Shown here piece after piece: positions 47,690 to 57,053 of a stretch of DNA of 64,000 nucleotides. Source of the DNA: Spirochaetia bacterium (GTDB lineage Bacteria; Spirochaetota; Spirochaetia; CADAEX01); contig OY759746.1 in NCBI GenBank assembly GCA_963662795.1, forward strand, positions 32,001 to 96,000, in the 5' to 3' direction. The position numbers were made by a program, and so were the translations under genes. The notes below the pieces were generated by a model. It did not search any database, was not told the origin of the DNA, and saw nothing but the letters and a program-made list of their open reading frames with translations. Positions within the stretch are counted from its first letter, which is position 1, and the number at the start of each line of letters is the position of its first letter.

Positions 47690-47799
47690 CGCTTTTCCCT
47701 ATAAAATTGAATATTATTCTGTAAATTTTCCATTTTTTTCTGATTATATACTAAATAAAAAATAATTTATCAGGTTTTTAATTTTTTTTAAAATCTTTC

Positions 47800-47846
47800 T
47801 TGACAGAACTATCAATCATATTTATACTGACCATTGTTCAGTCAGT
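47800..47846 (+). promoter_or_regulatory. Consensus promoter with an overlapping TetR-type operator
   Basis: TTGACA-17 bp-TATACT (47800-47828); palindrome ACTGAC-N9-GTCAGT (47826-47846) covers the predicted +1. Confidence 0.75.
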
Positions 47847-47877
47847 GACTATTGGTACCTATAAAACAGGAGATAAA

Positions 47878-48612
47878 ATGAATAAAAGAGAGAAACAGAA
47901 AGAGGAAACAGTTGCAGATATTCTCCGTATTTCAGAGGAGCTCTTCCATGAACAGGGTTACGAAAAAACAACAATTCAGGATATTGCTGATCATTGCGGA
48001 CTTTCAAAAGGAGCCCTTTACCACCACTTCAGGTCAAAGGAGGAAGTGCTCGAAAGGATCTGCTGCAACCAGTATATCTACATGAAAGAAACATTCCTTC
48101 CAATTGTAAACGAGAGCGGCCCTTCAATGCTGGAGAAACTGAAGAGAATAATGACCATAGCCCGGAATTCGCGGATGAATACAGCATCTGCCTCTTTTTC
48201 CAGGGATAAATCTCCGGGTCTAAAAAGCATTGAAAATGCTGCAATGGGAAAGCTTATGGATAACTACAGTAAAAAAATCTATACCGATATCTTTGCGCCC
48301 CTTTTTGCTGAGGGGAGAGAAAAAGGGGAATGCAGTTTTCCGGGTTCGGCTGAGATCATGGCCCTTTTTATCCACCACCTTGATACCGGAATGAGCGATC
48401 ACCTCAACATGATTCTGGATAAGACGGTTCATGGAACTTCAGATCAGGAATTATCAGAGATAACAGAGGCGGAGCAGCAGATCAGAGACACAATCTATGG
48501 ATTTTCATACGCACTGTCAAAGCTCCTTTATATCGATGAAAAAACAGTTATGGATGTCACACTTGCTGACAAAATGTTTGAGCAGTATGTAAAAATACTG
48601 AAGAAAAGATAA
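47878..48612 (+). CDS. TetR/AcrR-family transcriptional regulator
   Basis: 'LFHEQGYEKTTIQDIADHCGLSKGALYHHFRSKEE'; AGGAG RBS before ATG 47878. Confidence 0.92.
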   Translation: MNKREKQKEETVADILRISEELFHEQGYEKTTIQDIADHCGLSKGALYHHFRSKEEVLERICCNQYIYMKETFLPIVNESGPSMLEKLKRIMTIARNSRMNTASASFSRDKSPGLKSIENAAMGKLMDNYSKKIYTDIFAPLFAEGREKGECSFPGSAEIMALFIHHLDTGMSDHLNMILDKTVHGTSDQELSEITEAEQQIRDTIYGFSYALSKLLYIDEKTVMDVTLADKMFEQYVKILKKR

Positions 48613-48666
48613 ATAAGCAAAACCCGAGACATGTTTTCTCTTAAGAAAAATCAAAGGAATATTTTC

Positions 48667-49641
48667 ATGAAGAAAGGACTATTAATTATTATAATCTTTG
48701 CCCTTGGCATACCTCTTATTGCGCAGAACAGCAGCAGTGAAGAGAAGAAGAATATCAATATCATTCCCATTGCAGGTTATAATCTGCTGTCACTTGAGAA
48801 ACAGACAATCCGCTCACCGGGTGCGGGTCTTGCAATAATATCCGGAGAGATGAATCCGCAATCAACAGAAGAAACTGACAACTTCCAGGCCATACTTTTA
48901 TACAATTATCACATACTGGAGGATAAACCGCTTTTCAGCTACCCTGACAGTTACCATAGTATCGAATTCCTGCTGCAGAGAAAAATTGAGCGCCATCAGT
49001 ATTTTTCTCTCTTTAAAAGCTATTCAGATAAACCGGCAGCCGGAGGGCTTCATACTTTCGCATTTGTAAACGGTTACGGTTATGAACTGGTACACACAGA
49101 AAAAAACTCACTTTCACTGGGCGCATCCCTGTGCGTGACAGAACTGGGACTCGAACTCCCGGATGGAAGTTCCTGGCCGGTAATACCCCTTCCTTTTATC
49201 CACTATGAGTACAGCTCCAGAATTGCTGATTTCTCTTTTGATTTCACAACATCGCCGATGGCGGAACTTGTAATAGCCCCGGAAGAAAGATTCCGCTTTA
49301 ACAACTCAATTATGATAACTGATCTCGATGTAAAAGATATCCGCGATTTAAAGTTCGATACATCACTTGAGTACCGTTTTTTTCCATCAGGCCATCCAAT
49401 GGGAGATTTCGCAGGGCTGAAGATAGGGTTTCTGGGTGAGGACTACAGCTATGACATCAGCGGCAGAAGTAAAAAAGAACTTCAGATTTCATGGTATGCA
49501 TTCTACTCGACCCTTGATCTGTCACTGCTGCAGGTTACAGGCGGTTATGCTTTTGCAGGTGAGGAATGCTACTCGGGTGATTACACAAGGGATATCGGCA
49601 GCGGATTGTATATGAAGCTTCAGCTGGCATACCAGTTTTAA
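48667..49641 (+). CDS. Secreted protein, probable outer-membrane beta-barrel
   Basis: Signal peptide MKKGLLIIIIFALGIPLIA; aromatic-rich alternating strands; C-terminal beta-signal 'LYMKLQLAYQF'. Confidence 0.65.
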   Translation: MKKGLLIIIIFALGIPLIAQNSSSEEKKNINIIPIAGYNLLSLEKQTIRSPGAGLAIISGEMNPQSTEETDNFQAILLYNYHILEDKPLFSYPDSYHSIEFLLQRKIERHQYFSLFKSYSDKPAAGGLHTFAFVNGYGYELVHTEKNSLSLGASLCVTELGLELPDGSSWPVIPLPFIHYEYSSRIADFSFDFTTSPMAELVIAPEERFRFNNSIMITDLDVKDIRDLKFDTSLEYRFFPSGHPMGDFAGLKIGFLGEDYSYDISGRSKKELQISWYAFYSTLDLSLLQVTGGYAFAGEECYSGDYTRDIGSGLYMKLQLAYQF

Positions 49642-49660
49642 CAATGGAGATTAACTGATT

Positions 49661-51031
49661 ATGTCTGGAAACAATAAGCAAACAGCTCTAAATAAAGCTT
49701 TTTCAGGATTCCTGGTAATCTGGACCGGCGAATTTCTTTCAGGCATCGGGTCCGGCCTTACCGCATTTGCCCTTGCCGCCTACGCATTCAGACAGACAGG
49801 CCTTGCATCAAGCGCTGCTATGATTTACCTGTGCACATTTCTGCCCGCATTTCTGCTCCGTCCGGCAGGTGGAGTGCTTGCCGACAGAATGGACAGGAGA
49901 TTATTAATGATTGCGGGCAATATCGGATCAGGTCTGGGTATTGCCGTTATTCTGCTGCTCATGAACGCAAATAAAGAGGCTTTATGGATGATTTACCCCG
50001 GCGCTGTATTAAGTTCTGTATTCACGGCAGTTCACAGCCCGGCCTACAAGGCTTCGGTTTCTGATTTTCTGCCGAGAGAACTATATGAAAAAGCAAGCGG
50101 ATTACTGCAGTTGTCAGGCGCAGCGCCTCTTCTGGCAGCCCCATTTATTGCCGGTCTTCTAATGTCTTTTTTTGATATCAGGCTAATTCTGATAATCGAC
50201 ATACTGACATTTATAATATCCGCTTCTGTAATTATATTTATCAGACAGAAACTGGATATTAAAGTCAAGGCACGTAAGATAAAAACCAGTTTCGCCTCTG
50301 AAATGTTTGAGGGGTTTAAAGCATTAAATGCAAGCAGGGGGATATTTCTACTGACATTAATTGTTTCCCTGATACTTTTCAACATAGGCCTCCTGCAAAC
50401 CCTGCTCGGGCCAATGGTTCTCTCCTTTACAGATACTGCCTCACTGGGAACAGCCCAGTCAGTCTGCGCGTCGGGAATGGTGATCAGCAGCCTGATTATA
50501 GGAGGGAGAAGGGATAGCGGCGGAAAAAAAAGATATGTTACAGTACTTTCAGTCTCACTGGCATTAATGGGCCTGTTTTTCTCATTTATCGGGATAAGAG
50601 AGAATATCCGGATGATAATTATCCCCGGGTTTCTCTTTTTTTCAACCCTCCCCTTTGTCAATTCCAGTATCGAGGTACTGATCAGGGGGAATATAAGCAA
50701 CGAGAAACAGGGAAGGGCCTGGGCCATGATATCATTTATAACCTACTTCGGATCCATCATAGCCTTTGCCGCTGCCGGGTTTCTTTCAGACAGGATTTTC
50801 AATCCCCTTTTAATGCCCGGCGGCCTGCTTGAGTCAAGTCTTGGTCATATTTTCGGAACAGGAGCAGGCCGGGGTATTGCCCTGATTTTCTTTATATCCG
50901 GAATAATTGTAATTTATTTATCAACAATCATTTACAGGTCAAAAACAATTCAAAGCCTGGAATTATCAGGAAATACCGCACCTGTCAGCAGAAAATCAAA
51001 TTACACGATCTCAGTAAAGGAGGCAGGTTAA
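49661..51031 (+). CDS. MFS efflux transporter, MefA/DHA3-like
   Basis: 'WTGEFLSGIGSGLTAFAL', motif A 'GVLADRMDRR', 'EKQGRAW'. Confidence 0.88.
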   Translation: MSGNNKQTALNKAFSGFLVIWTGEFLSGIGSGLTAFALAAYAFRQTGLASSAAMIYLCTFLPAFLLRPAGGVLADRMDRRLLMIAGNIGSGLGIAVILLLMNANKEALWMIYPGAVLSSVFTAVHSPAYKASVSDFLPRELYEKASGLLQLSGAAPLLAAPFIAGLLMSFFDIRLILIIDILTFIISASVIIFIRQKLDIKVKARKIKTSFASEMFEGFKALNASRGIFLLTLIVSLILFNIGLLQTLLGPMVLSFTDTASLGTAQSVCASGMVISSLIIGGRRDSGGKKRYVTVLSVSLALMGLFFSFIGIRENIRMIIIPGFLFFSTLPFVNSSIEVLIRGNISNEKQGRAWAMISFITYFGSIIAFAAAGFLSDRIFNPLLMPGGLLESSLGHIFGTGAGRGIALIFFISGIIVIYLSTIIYRSKTIQSLELSGNTAPVSRKSNYTISVKEAG

Positions 51032-53364
51032 TGCTGTTTAAAATGGTGATGAAGGATTTAAAAAGAAAGAAAATCATAACCTCGGCCCTGTTTATCTTTA
51101 TCGCGCTTCCGGCTTTTCTTATCGCAGGCGGATCAGGAATGATAATTGCCCTCTCGGGATCAATCAATTACTTTCTATCCAGAGCTGATGTTCCCCACTT
51201 TGTACAGATGCACTCTGGCTCCATTGACCGGAAAGCAATAGATATGTGGACATCCCGGAACAGCAATATCAGCAGGCAGCAGACTGTCGAAATGGTTACA
51301 ATTGACGGATCGGATGTTTACCTCGCAGGAAATAGTGAATCTGAGGCGGAAAGTGTAATGGATCTCGGGTTTGTAAAGCAGAACAGCGCATTCGATTTAC
51401 TGCTTGATCTTGAGAACAAACCTGTCACGGTTTCCAGAGGAAATATTGCTGTCCCGATTTACCACAAGCTGAAAAAGAATATGAAAACCGGAGATATTGT
51501 AAGGATTGCGCATAAGTCCTTTATCAGGGAATTTAAAGTCTCCGGCTTTATCAGGGATGCCCAGATGAATCCCTCTATTATCCATTCCAAACGCTTTGTT
51601 GTTCATGAGGATGACTTTGAAGATCTTAAAAACAGCATCGGAGAGGTGGAATACCTGATTGAGTTTCAGCTTAACGATATCAGCAGGCTAAGTGATTTCA
51701 GCAGCGCATATGAGGCATCCGGCCTGCCGGGTTCCGGGCCGTCAATCAATTATAACCTGTTCAGAATTATCAATGTCCTGACTGACAGTATTGCGGCTGT
51801 TATTGTAATATTTGTAAGTCTGCTTTTTTCTTTAATAGCGGTTCTCTGTTTAAGGTTTACCATTATAGCTTCCATAGAGGAAGATTACAGGGAAATCGGA
51901 GTAATGAAGGCAATCGGCATACAGCAGAAGGACATAAGGAATATTTACCTTGTTAAATACGCCCTTATCGGTTTACCCGGGGCTGCGGCAGGCTATCTGC
52001 TATACCTTCTTTCTGGAAATATCTTCACCGGTAATATCATGCTGTATCTAGGCAGCGCTCCTTCAGCAGTACAGGATTTTATAATACCCCTTTCAGCTTC
52101 TGCATTGATTTTTGCAGTTATAATGCTGTCCTGTATGGTTACTTTTAGAAGGTTTCATAAAATTTCAGCAGTAGAAGCGCTCAGGGCAGCCAATACCGGG
52201 GATTCATATAAAAACAGGAATTTTCTTTCTCTGGGCAGGAGCATATTTTGCAATACAAATATTTTCCTGGGTATCAGGGATGTTCTCAGCCGCTTTAGAC
52301 TTTACTGGCTGCTGTGTTTTGTTTTTTTTGTCTGTACTTTTGTAATCATTGTGCCTGTAAATTTCCTGAGTACCATAAAGTCACCGGCATTTGTAACCTA
52401 TCTTGGAATCGGACAAAGTGATATCCGAATTGATTTACGGCAGTCTGAAAATATGGCAGACCGGTTTGCTGAAATGCTTGACTATATTGAAAAAGACAAT
52501 GATATCGAAGAAGCGGCCCCGATGATTACAAGCCGGTTTATGGTAGAGGACAGCAGCGGAATTCCTCAAAGCATAAATGTCGAAACAGGGGATTTCACAA
52601 TTTTTCCCCTCAATTATATATCCGGGTCAGCCCCGGTAAAGCAGGGAGAAATATCCCTTTCGTTTCTAAGCGCGAAAGAAATGAATAAAAAGAGCGGAGA
52701 TACTCTTATTATGTTTTCAGGAGATCAAAAAATGATTATGACGGTAAGCGGAATTTACCAGGATGTAACAAGCGGAGGGCACACAGCAAAAGCCGCTCTT
52801 GCCCCCAATCGGGATACCGTACTCTGGTATGTAGTAAATCTGAATGTCAGATCTGAAATAGATGGAAAAGTAAAAGAATACTCTAAAACATTCTATCCTG
52901 CAAGAGTTACAAATTCAAAACTATATCTGGACCAGACGATGGGAGAAACAATCAGAAGACTTGAGTTTATTACATTTCTGTCCATTATGACGGCTCTTAT
53001 TGTATCAGTCCTGATTACATCATTATTTTTAAAAATGATTATCGCAAAGGATGCATCGCAGATAGCAATAATGAAGAGTCTCGGATTTTCCATTAAGGAT
53101 TTAAGAATCCAGTATACAGTCAGGGCGCTTGCTGTGCTTGGAGGAGGAATTATATCAGGAACTATTGCGGCAAACACAATCGGACAAAGTCTTGTAAGTG
53201 CGATATGGTCGTTTATGGGAGCATCCCGAATAACTTTCATAATAAACCCGGTTCATGCCTACTTTCTTTTTCCTCTCATTTTAATGATTACTGTTTCAGT
53301 TACAACGTTAATAAGCATATTAGAAATAAAATATTTTAACATAGCTGATATGAATGCGGAATAA
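51031..53364 (+). CDS. MacB/FtsX-type ABC exporter permease (duplicated domains)
   Basis: 'MKDLKRKK', two extracytoplasmic domains, 'EIGVMKAIG' and 'QIAIMKSLGF'. Confidence 0.88.
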   Translation: MLFKMVMKDLKRKKIITSALFIFIALPAFLIAGGSGMIIALSGSINYFLSRADVPHFVQMHSGSIDRKAIDMWTSRNSNISRQQTVEMVTIDGSDVYLAGNSESEAESVMDLGFVKQNSAFDLLLDLENKPVTVSRGNIAVPIYHKLKKNMKTGDIVRIAHKSFIREFKVSGFIRDAQMNPSIIHSKRFVVHEDDFEDLKNSIGEVEYLIEFQLNDISRLSDFSSAYEASGLPGSGPSINYNLFRIINVLTDSIAAVIVIFVSLLFSLIAVLCLRFTIIASIEEDYREIGVMKAIGIQQKDIRNIYLVKYALIGLPGAAAGYLLYLLSGNIFTGNIMLYLGSAPSAVQDFIIPLSASALIFAVIMLSCMVTFRRFHKISAVEALRAANTGDSYKNRNFLSLGRSIFCNTNIFLGIRDVLSRFRLYWLLCFVFFVCTFVIIVPVNFLSTIKSPAFVTYLGIGQSDIRIDLRQSENMADRFAEMLDYIEKDNDIEEAAPMITSRFMVEDSSGIPQSINVETGDFTIFPLNYISGSAPVKQGEISLSFLSAKEMNKKSGDTLIMFSGDQKMIMTVSGIYQDVTSGGHTAKAALAPNRDTVLWYVVNLNVRSEIDGKVKEYSKTFYPARVTNSKLYLDQTMGETIRRLEFITFLSIMTALIVSVLITSLFLKMIIAKDASQIAIMKSLGFSIKDLRIQYTVRALAVLGGGIISGTIAANTIGQSLVSAIWSFMGASRITFIINPVHAYFLFPLILMITVSVTTLISILEIKYFNIADMNAE

Positions 53365-53375
53365 AGGAGATATAT

Positions 53376-54140
53376 GTGAATAATATACTGGAAGTTAAGA
53401 AAATAAATAAAATATTCAATGGAAATAAAAATAAAAGCCATGTTCTTAAAGATGTTAGTCTTAATATTGAAAAAGGTGAATTTATATCAGTGATGGGACC
53501 TTCCGGGTCCGGAAAATCTACACTGCTCTATAATATCAGCGGTATGGACAGAATGTCCGGCGGAAGCGTTATATTCAATAACTTAAAAATTGAAACCTTA
53601 TCTGAAGATGAGCTTTCAAACCTGCGTCTCAATAAAATGGGCTTTATATTTCAGCAGATTCATCTCCTGAAGAATCTCACGATCAGGGACAATATCATTG
53701 CATCGGCATTTCTTTCCGGTAAGAAGGGGAGAAAAGAGATTATCAGAAAAGCATCTGAGCTGATGGAAAAGACAGGTATCGCGCAGCTGGCAGATAATGA
53801 TATCACCATGGCATCAGGCGGACAGCTTCAGCGAGCAGCAATATGCAGAGCCCTGATCAATGACCCTGAAATAATCTATGGTGACGAGCCGACAGGTGCT
53901 CTTGATTCCGGATCCTCAAATGAAATCATGTCTATCCTGGCCGATATCAACAGCTCGGGTACAACAATTCTTTTGGTAACCCATGATGTAAAAGTCGCCG
54001 CGAAAACTGAACGCATTATTTTCATGACAGACGGTAAAATAGCAGGAGAATGCCGGCCGGGTAAATGCGGCAGCAATGAGGATGAATGCAAATCAAGGGA
54101 AGAGGACCTTACCAGATGGCTGATTGAAACAGGGAAATAA
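53376..54140 (+). CDS. ABC ATP-binding protein, LolD/MacB-like
   Basis: GPSGSGKS, 'GFIFQQ', ASGGQLQR, 'DEPTGALD'; GTG start after AAGGAG. Confidence 0.92.
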   Translation: MNNILEVKKINKIFNGNKNKSHVLKDVSLNIEKGEFISVMGPSGSGKSTLLYNISGMDRMSGGSVIFNNLKIETLSEDELSNLRLNKMGFIFQQIHLLKNLTIRDNIIASAFLSGKKGRKEIIRKASELMEKTGIAQLADNDITMASGGQLQRAAICRALINDPEIIYGDEPTGALDSGSSNEIMSILADINSSGTTILLVTHDVKVAAKTERIIFMTDGKIAGECRPGKCGSNEDECKSREEDLTRWLIETGK

Positions 54141-54153
54141 CCATTGATATTTT

Positions 54154-54185
54154 AACGGCAGATAACTAATTAAATCTGCCGTTTT
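54154..54185. terminator. Terminator hairpin between convergent operons
   Basis: AACGGCAGAT / ATCTGCCGTT perfect 10-bp stem followed by T's. Confidence 0.7.
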
Positions 54186-54210
54186 ATAATATAATCCATA
54201 TGACAGGGTA

Positions 54211-55548
54211 TTAATATTTCTTTATTTTAGAAACAGATTCAAGAAAAGACAGATACTTCTCCCTTGTCATAACAGGTTTGAAATTACTGATAATAGTTTT
54301 TGCTTTTGCGGCATTGTTAAAAAGTAGATCAGCAACTGTCATGGCCATGGCCTTTGCCGGCAGAATATACGCTGTTTCAGGATCAGCCAGCCTAAAATTT
54401 CTTGTATGAAGCCCACCTGTAATTCCCCCGATCATAGGATGAAGAGCAGGCATAATATGAGAGATATCGCCGAAATCAAAAGACCCGGTAAAATCACCCC
54501 CTTCGATTATCGAATCCTGCCCTGATAGTTCCATTACATTTTTTCTGAAGATATCATCAAGTCCGGCATTGTTTAGCAGCGGCAGGTATCCCGGAATATC
54601 TTTTATGGAAACTTCAGCGCCTACAGCCATCGCGCCGGAGGCAAGAGCCCTGTCCACTTTTTTGTTCGCGTCAAGAAGTCCCTCAATTGTCCTTCCCCTC
54701 ACATAGGTCTCCATTTTCACATCAGATGGAACCACATTTACAATATCACCGCCCTTAGTAATTATCGGATGCACCCTTATCCTGTCTTTTTCAGCAAATG
54801 TCTCACGCTGTGCATGAATACCGCTAATAGCCAGCATTGCCGCATTAAGCGCATTAATCCCCTGTTCGGGCGCAGACCCCGCATGAGACTCCTTTCCGAT
54901 GAAATTTATTTCCTTGCCGATAAAACCGTTGCCTGCAGGCCCGATTAATACTTTTTTAACAGGCTCACCGTTACTTAGTGAAGATAAGTCGAGTGAATGT
55001 ATCATGATTGATATATCAATATTATCAAAATAGCCTTTTTTTATGAGTTCCTGCTTTCCTCCGAACCAGGTGATTTCCCCTTTATCCTTAAGAGATGACC
55101 TGAAGGCAAGTTCTATAAATTCCTCAGCCGGTACTGCCATAAAATTTACTGATCCGCAAAGTTCAGATACCGCGCCTGAGCTGATGATGCCAATTGCGGC
55201 GCCGATCATGGATGCGATCTGAATATTGTGTCCGCACGCGTGAACTGCTCCGGTTTCCCGGTCCGCATCTTTATGCTCAGGACATGAGACTGCATCAAGT
55301 TCTCCCATAACTGCGATTACAGGCCCGTTTTGGCTGAAATCAAGTCTCCCCTGACAGCCTGATACAGCAATGTCCTTCTCAGGGTTTAGCCCCAGTTCAG
55401 AAAATTCCCTGAACACAAGTTCAGTTGTCCTGCGCTCCTTATATCCAAGCTCGGGATTTTTATATATCTTATCGCCTATTGAAATAATTTTTTTTCTTTT
55501 TTTATCAATTTCACTGCATATTGATTTTTTAATTTCTGAAATATTCAT
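54211..55548 (-). CDS. M20-family amidohydrolase (Acy1-like)
   Basis: 'NPELGYKE', 'GELDA', 'HACGHN', 'VPAEE', 'SHAGSAPEQGINALNAA', 'GSFDFGD'. Confidence 0.88.
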   Translation of the reverse strand: MNISEIKKSICSEIDKKRKKIISIGDKIYKNPELGYKERRTTELVFREFSELGLNPEKDIAVSGCQGRLDFSQNGPVIAVMGELDAVSCPEHKDADRETGAVHACGHNIQIASMIGAAIGIISSGAVSELCGSVNFMAVPAEEFIELAFRSSLKDKGEITWFGGKQELIKKGYFDNIDISIMIHSLDLSSLSNGEPVKKVLIGPAGNGFIGKEINFIGKESHAGSAPEQGINALNAAMLAISGIHAQRETFAEKDRIRVHPIITKGGDIVNVVPSDVKMETYVRGRTIEGLLDANKKVDRALASGAMAVGAEVSIKDIPGYLPLLNNAGLDDIFRKNVMELSGQDSIIEGGDFTGSFDFGDISHIMPALHPMIGGITGGLHTRNFRLADPETAYILPAKAMAMTVADLLFNNAAKAKTIISNFKPVMTREKYLSFLESVSKIKKY

Positions 55549-55600
55549 GCTTTTACCATTCCATCAAAAAAGGCCCTTTGGAAAGGACCTTATATTTTTA

Positions 55601-56062
55601 TCAGATTATACCCTGAATCTTTAGAACAATCTGCGCGATAATCGCGGATCCGAAATATGTGCTTGCAAAAACTATCAGAGATATGACGAGAATTTTCCAG
55701 CTCATTTTTTTAAGCTGGGGAATCTTGTTTCCGACAGAAATACCCGCAAGAGCAAGGATCGGAGTTGTTGTACCAAGAAAATTGACCTGATTTGTATATT
55801 CCAGGAAAAATTTCGCAGTCGGCATAAACGGCATGCTTAAAATCAGGCCGATCATTGTCGCCCATGCAAAAGCCGGAAATTTCAGGTTTGGAAGAAGATC
55901 CTTTATCATAAGTGATACCAGGCATACAATTACTACAAGAATCATACCTGGAACAGCTTTAAGCACAGGAACATTAAACCCGATTTTCTGTCCAATCAAA
56001 ATCAAAATTGCGACTACCAGCAGCATTTTTAGCTGATAAAGGGTGTTTTCAAATTTTAACAT
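55601..56062 (-). CDS. Small membrane protein, partner of DUF3100
   Basis: 4-5 TM helices, 'TTPILALAGISVG', 'TYFGSAIIAQ'; start overlaps the DUF3100 stop. Confidence 0.75.
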   Translation of the reverse strand: MLKFENTLYQLKMLLVVAILILIGQKIGFNVPVLKAVPGMILVVIVCLVSLMIKDLLPNLKFPAFAWATMIGLILSMPFMPTAKFFLEYTNQVNFLGTTTPILALAGISVGNKIPQLKKMSWKILVISLIVFASTYFGSAIIAQIVLKIQGII

Positions 56063-56916
56063 TATTTGCCCCCCTTGTTTTTTGAGAGTATCGGGTACAT
56101 TTTTTTATAGTACAGATTTGTAAGAGGAAGAGCGATGAAAATTACAGAGTACATTCCTGTAACACCTGTAAGCATATTGCTTGTGGCCGCATAGGCAAGA
56201 ATTGTATCATGCATTGCCGCCGGGGCCGCTGTAGCAAGAGAGCTCGCAGCTGCTGTCATCATGCTTCCGCTTCCCATTCCTGATGCCATTGCAAGCGCGT
56301 AAGGATGAAGTCCTGTCAAAAGCGCAAATGAACCCAGCAATCCGAAAAAAATAGTTCCGAACACGGTACCTATCATGTATGTACCAAGAACTCCTGTCCC
56401 TTCAGGGGAGTTCATTCCATACTGCCCGCCTATAACACCGAGGGTCGGTTCCCTGCAGATGCTGACTGTGGCGCCGACCGCTTCCCTTTCAAGGCCAAGC
56501 ATTATCGCAAGCGGCAGAGCAATCAAAGGGGTACACAAATTACCAAGCTCCTGAAGGAGAAACGCGGGTCCTGCCTGTACTATCTTCACAATATTCGGGC
56601 CTACAAGCGTTCCGTATTTAACACCGAGAGGCAGAAGAGCGATCAGGACAAGAGGCCCCGCAATCTCGATTTCCTCACTGTCAATTACTTTTCTCAGGAA
56701 TTTCAACGGTTTTCCGAGAACATTCGGGGTTATCAGTATCCCGATAATTACAGCATAGAGCATGGGAAGAAGAACAATGCTTCCAGGCCCTGCATTAAAT
56801 TTGTGAATTCCCATCAATTCGGAAACAATAACAATGGCCAGAACAGCGATAAACAATTTGGCGTACATCCCAAATCTGTCTTTCCAGCTCATACTGCCAT
56901 GCTCAGTATTACTCAT
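56062..56916 (-). CDS. DUF3100-family membrane protein (putative transporter)
   Basis: 'LLPMLYA', 'AGPAFLLQELGNL', 'REAVGATVSICREP', 'AMASGMGSGSMM'; GGAGG RBS before ATG 56916. Confidence 0.8.
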   Translation of the reverse strand: MSNTEHGSMSWKDRFGMYAKLFIAVLAIVIVSELMGIHKFNAGPGSIVLLPMLYAVIIGILITPNVLGKPLKFLRKVIDSEEIEIAGPLVLIALLPLGVKYGTLVGPNIVKIVQAGPAFLLQELGNLCTPLIALPLAIMLGLEREAVGATVSICREPTLGVIGGQYGMNSPEGTGVLGTYMIGTVFGTIFFGLLGSFALLTGLHPYALAMASGMGSGSMMTAAASSLATAAPAAMHDTILAYAATSNMLTGVTGMYSVIFIALPLTNLYYKKMYPILSKNKGGK

Positions 56917-57053
56917 ACTTTGCACCTCCAAAAAATATTTCACCGCAATTATGAAAATACGGTTTACCTGCCCTCACACAGCTTCTGATTCTGCGTGATT
57001 ACAGAGTAAAATTGTATTATAATTTCATGATATTGTAAAATAAATTTATCTGA

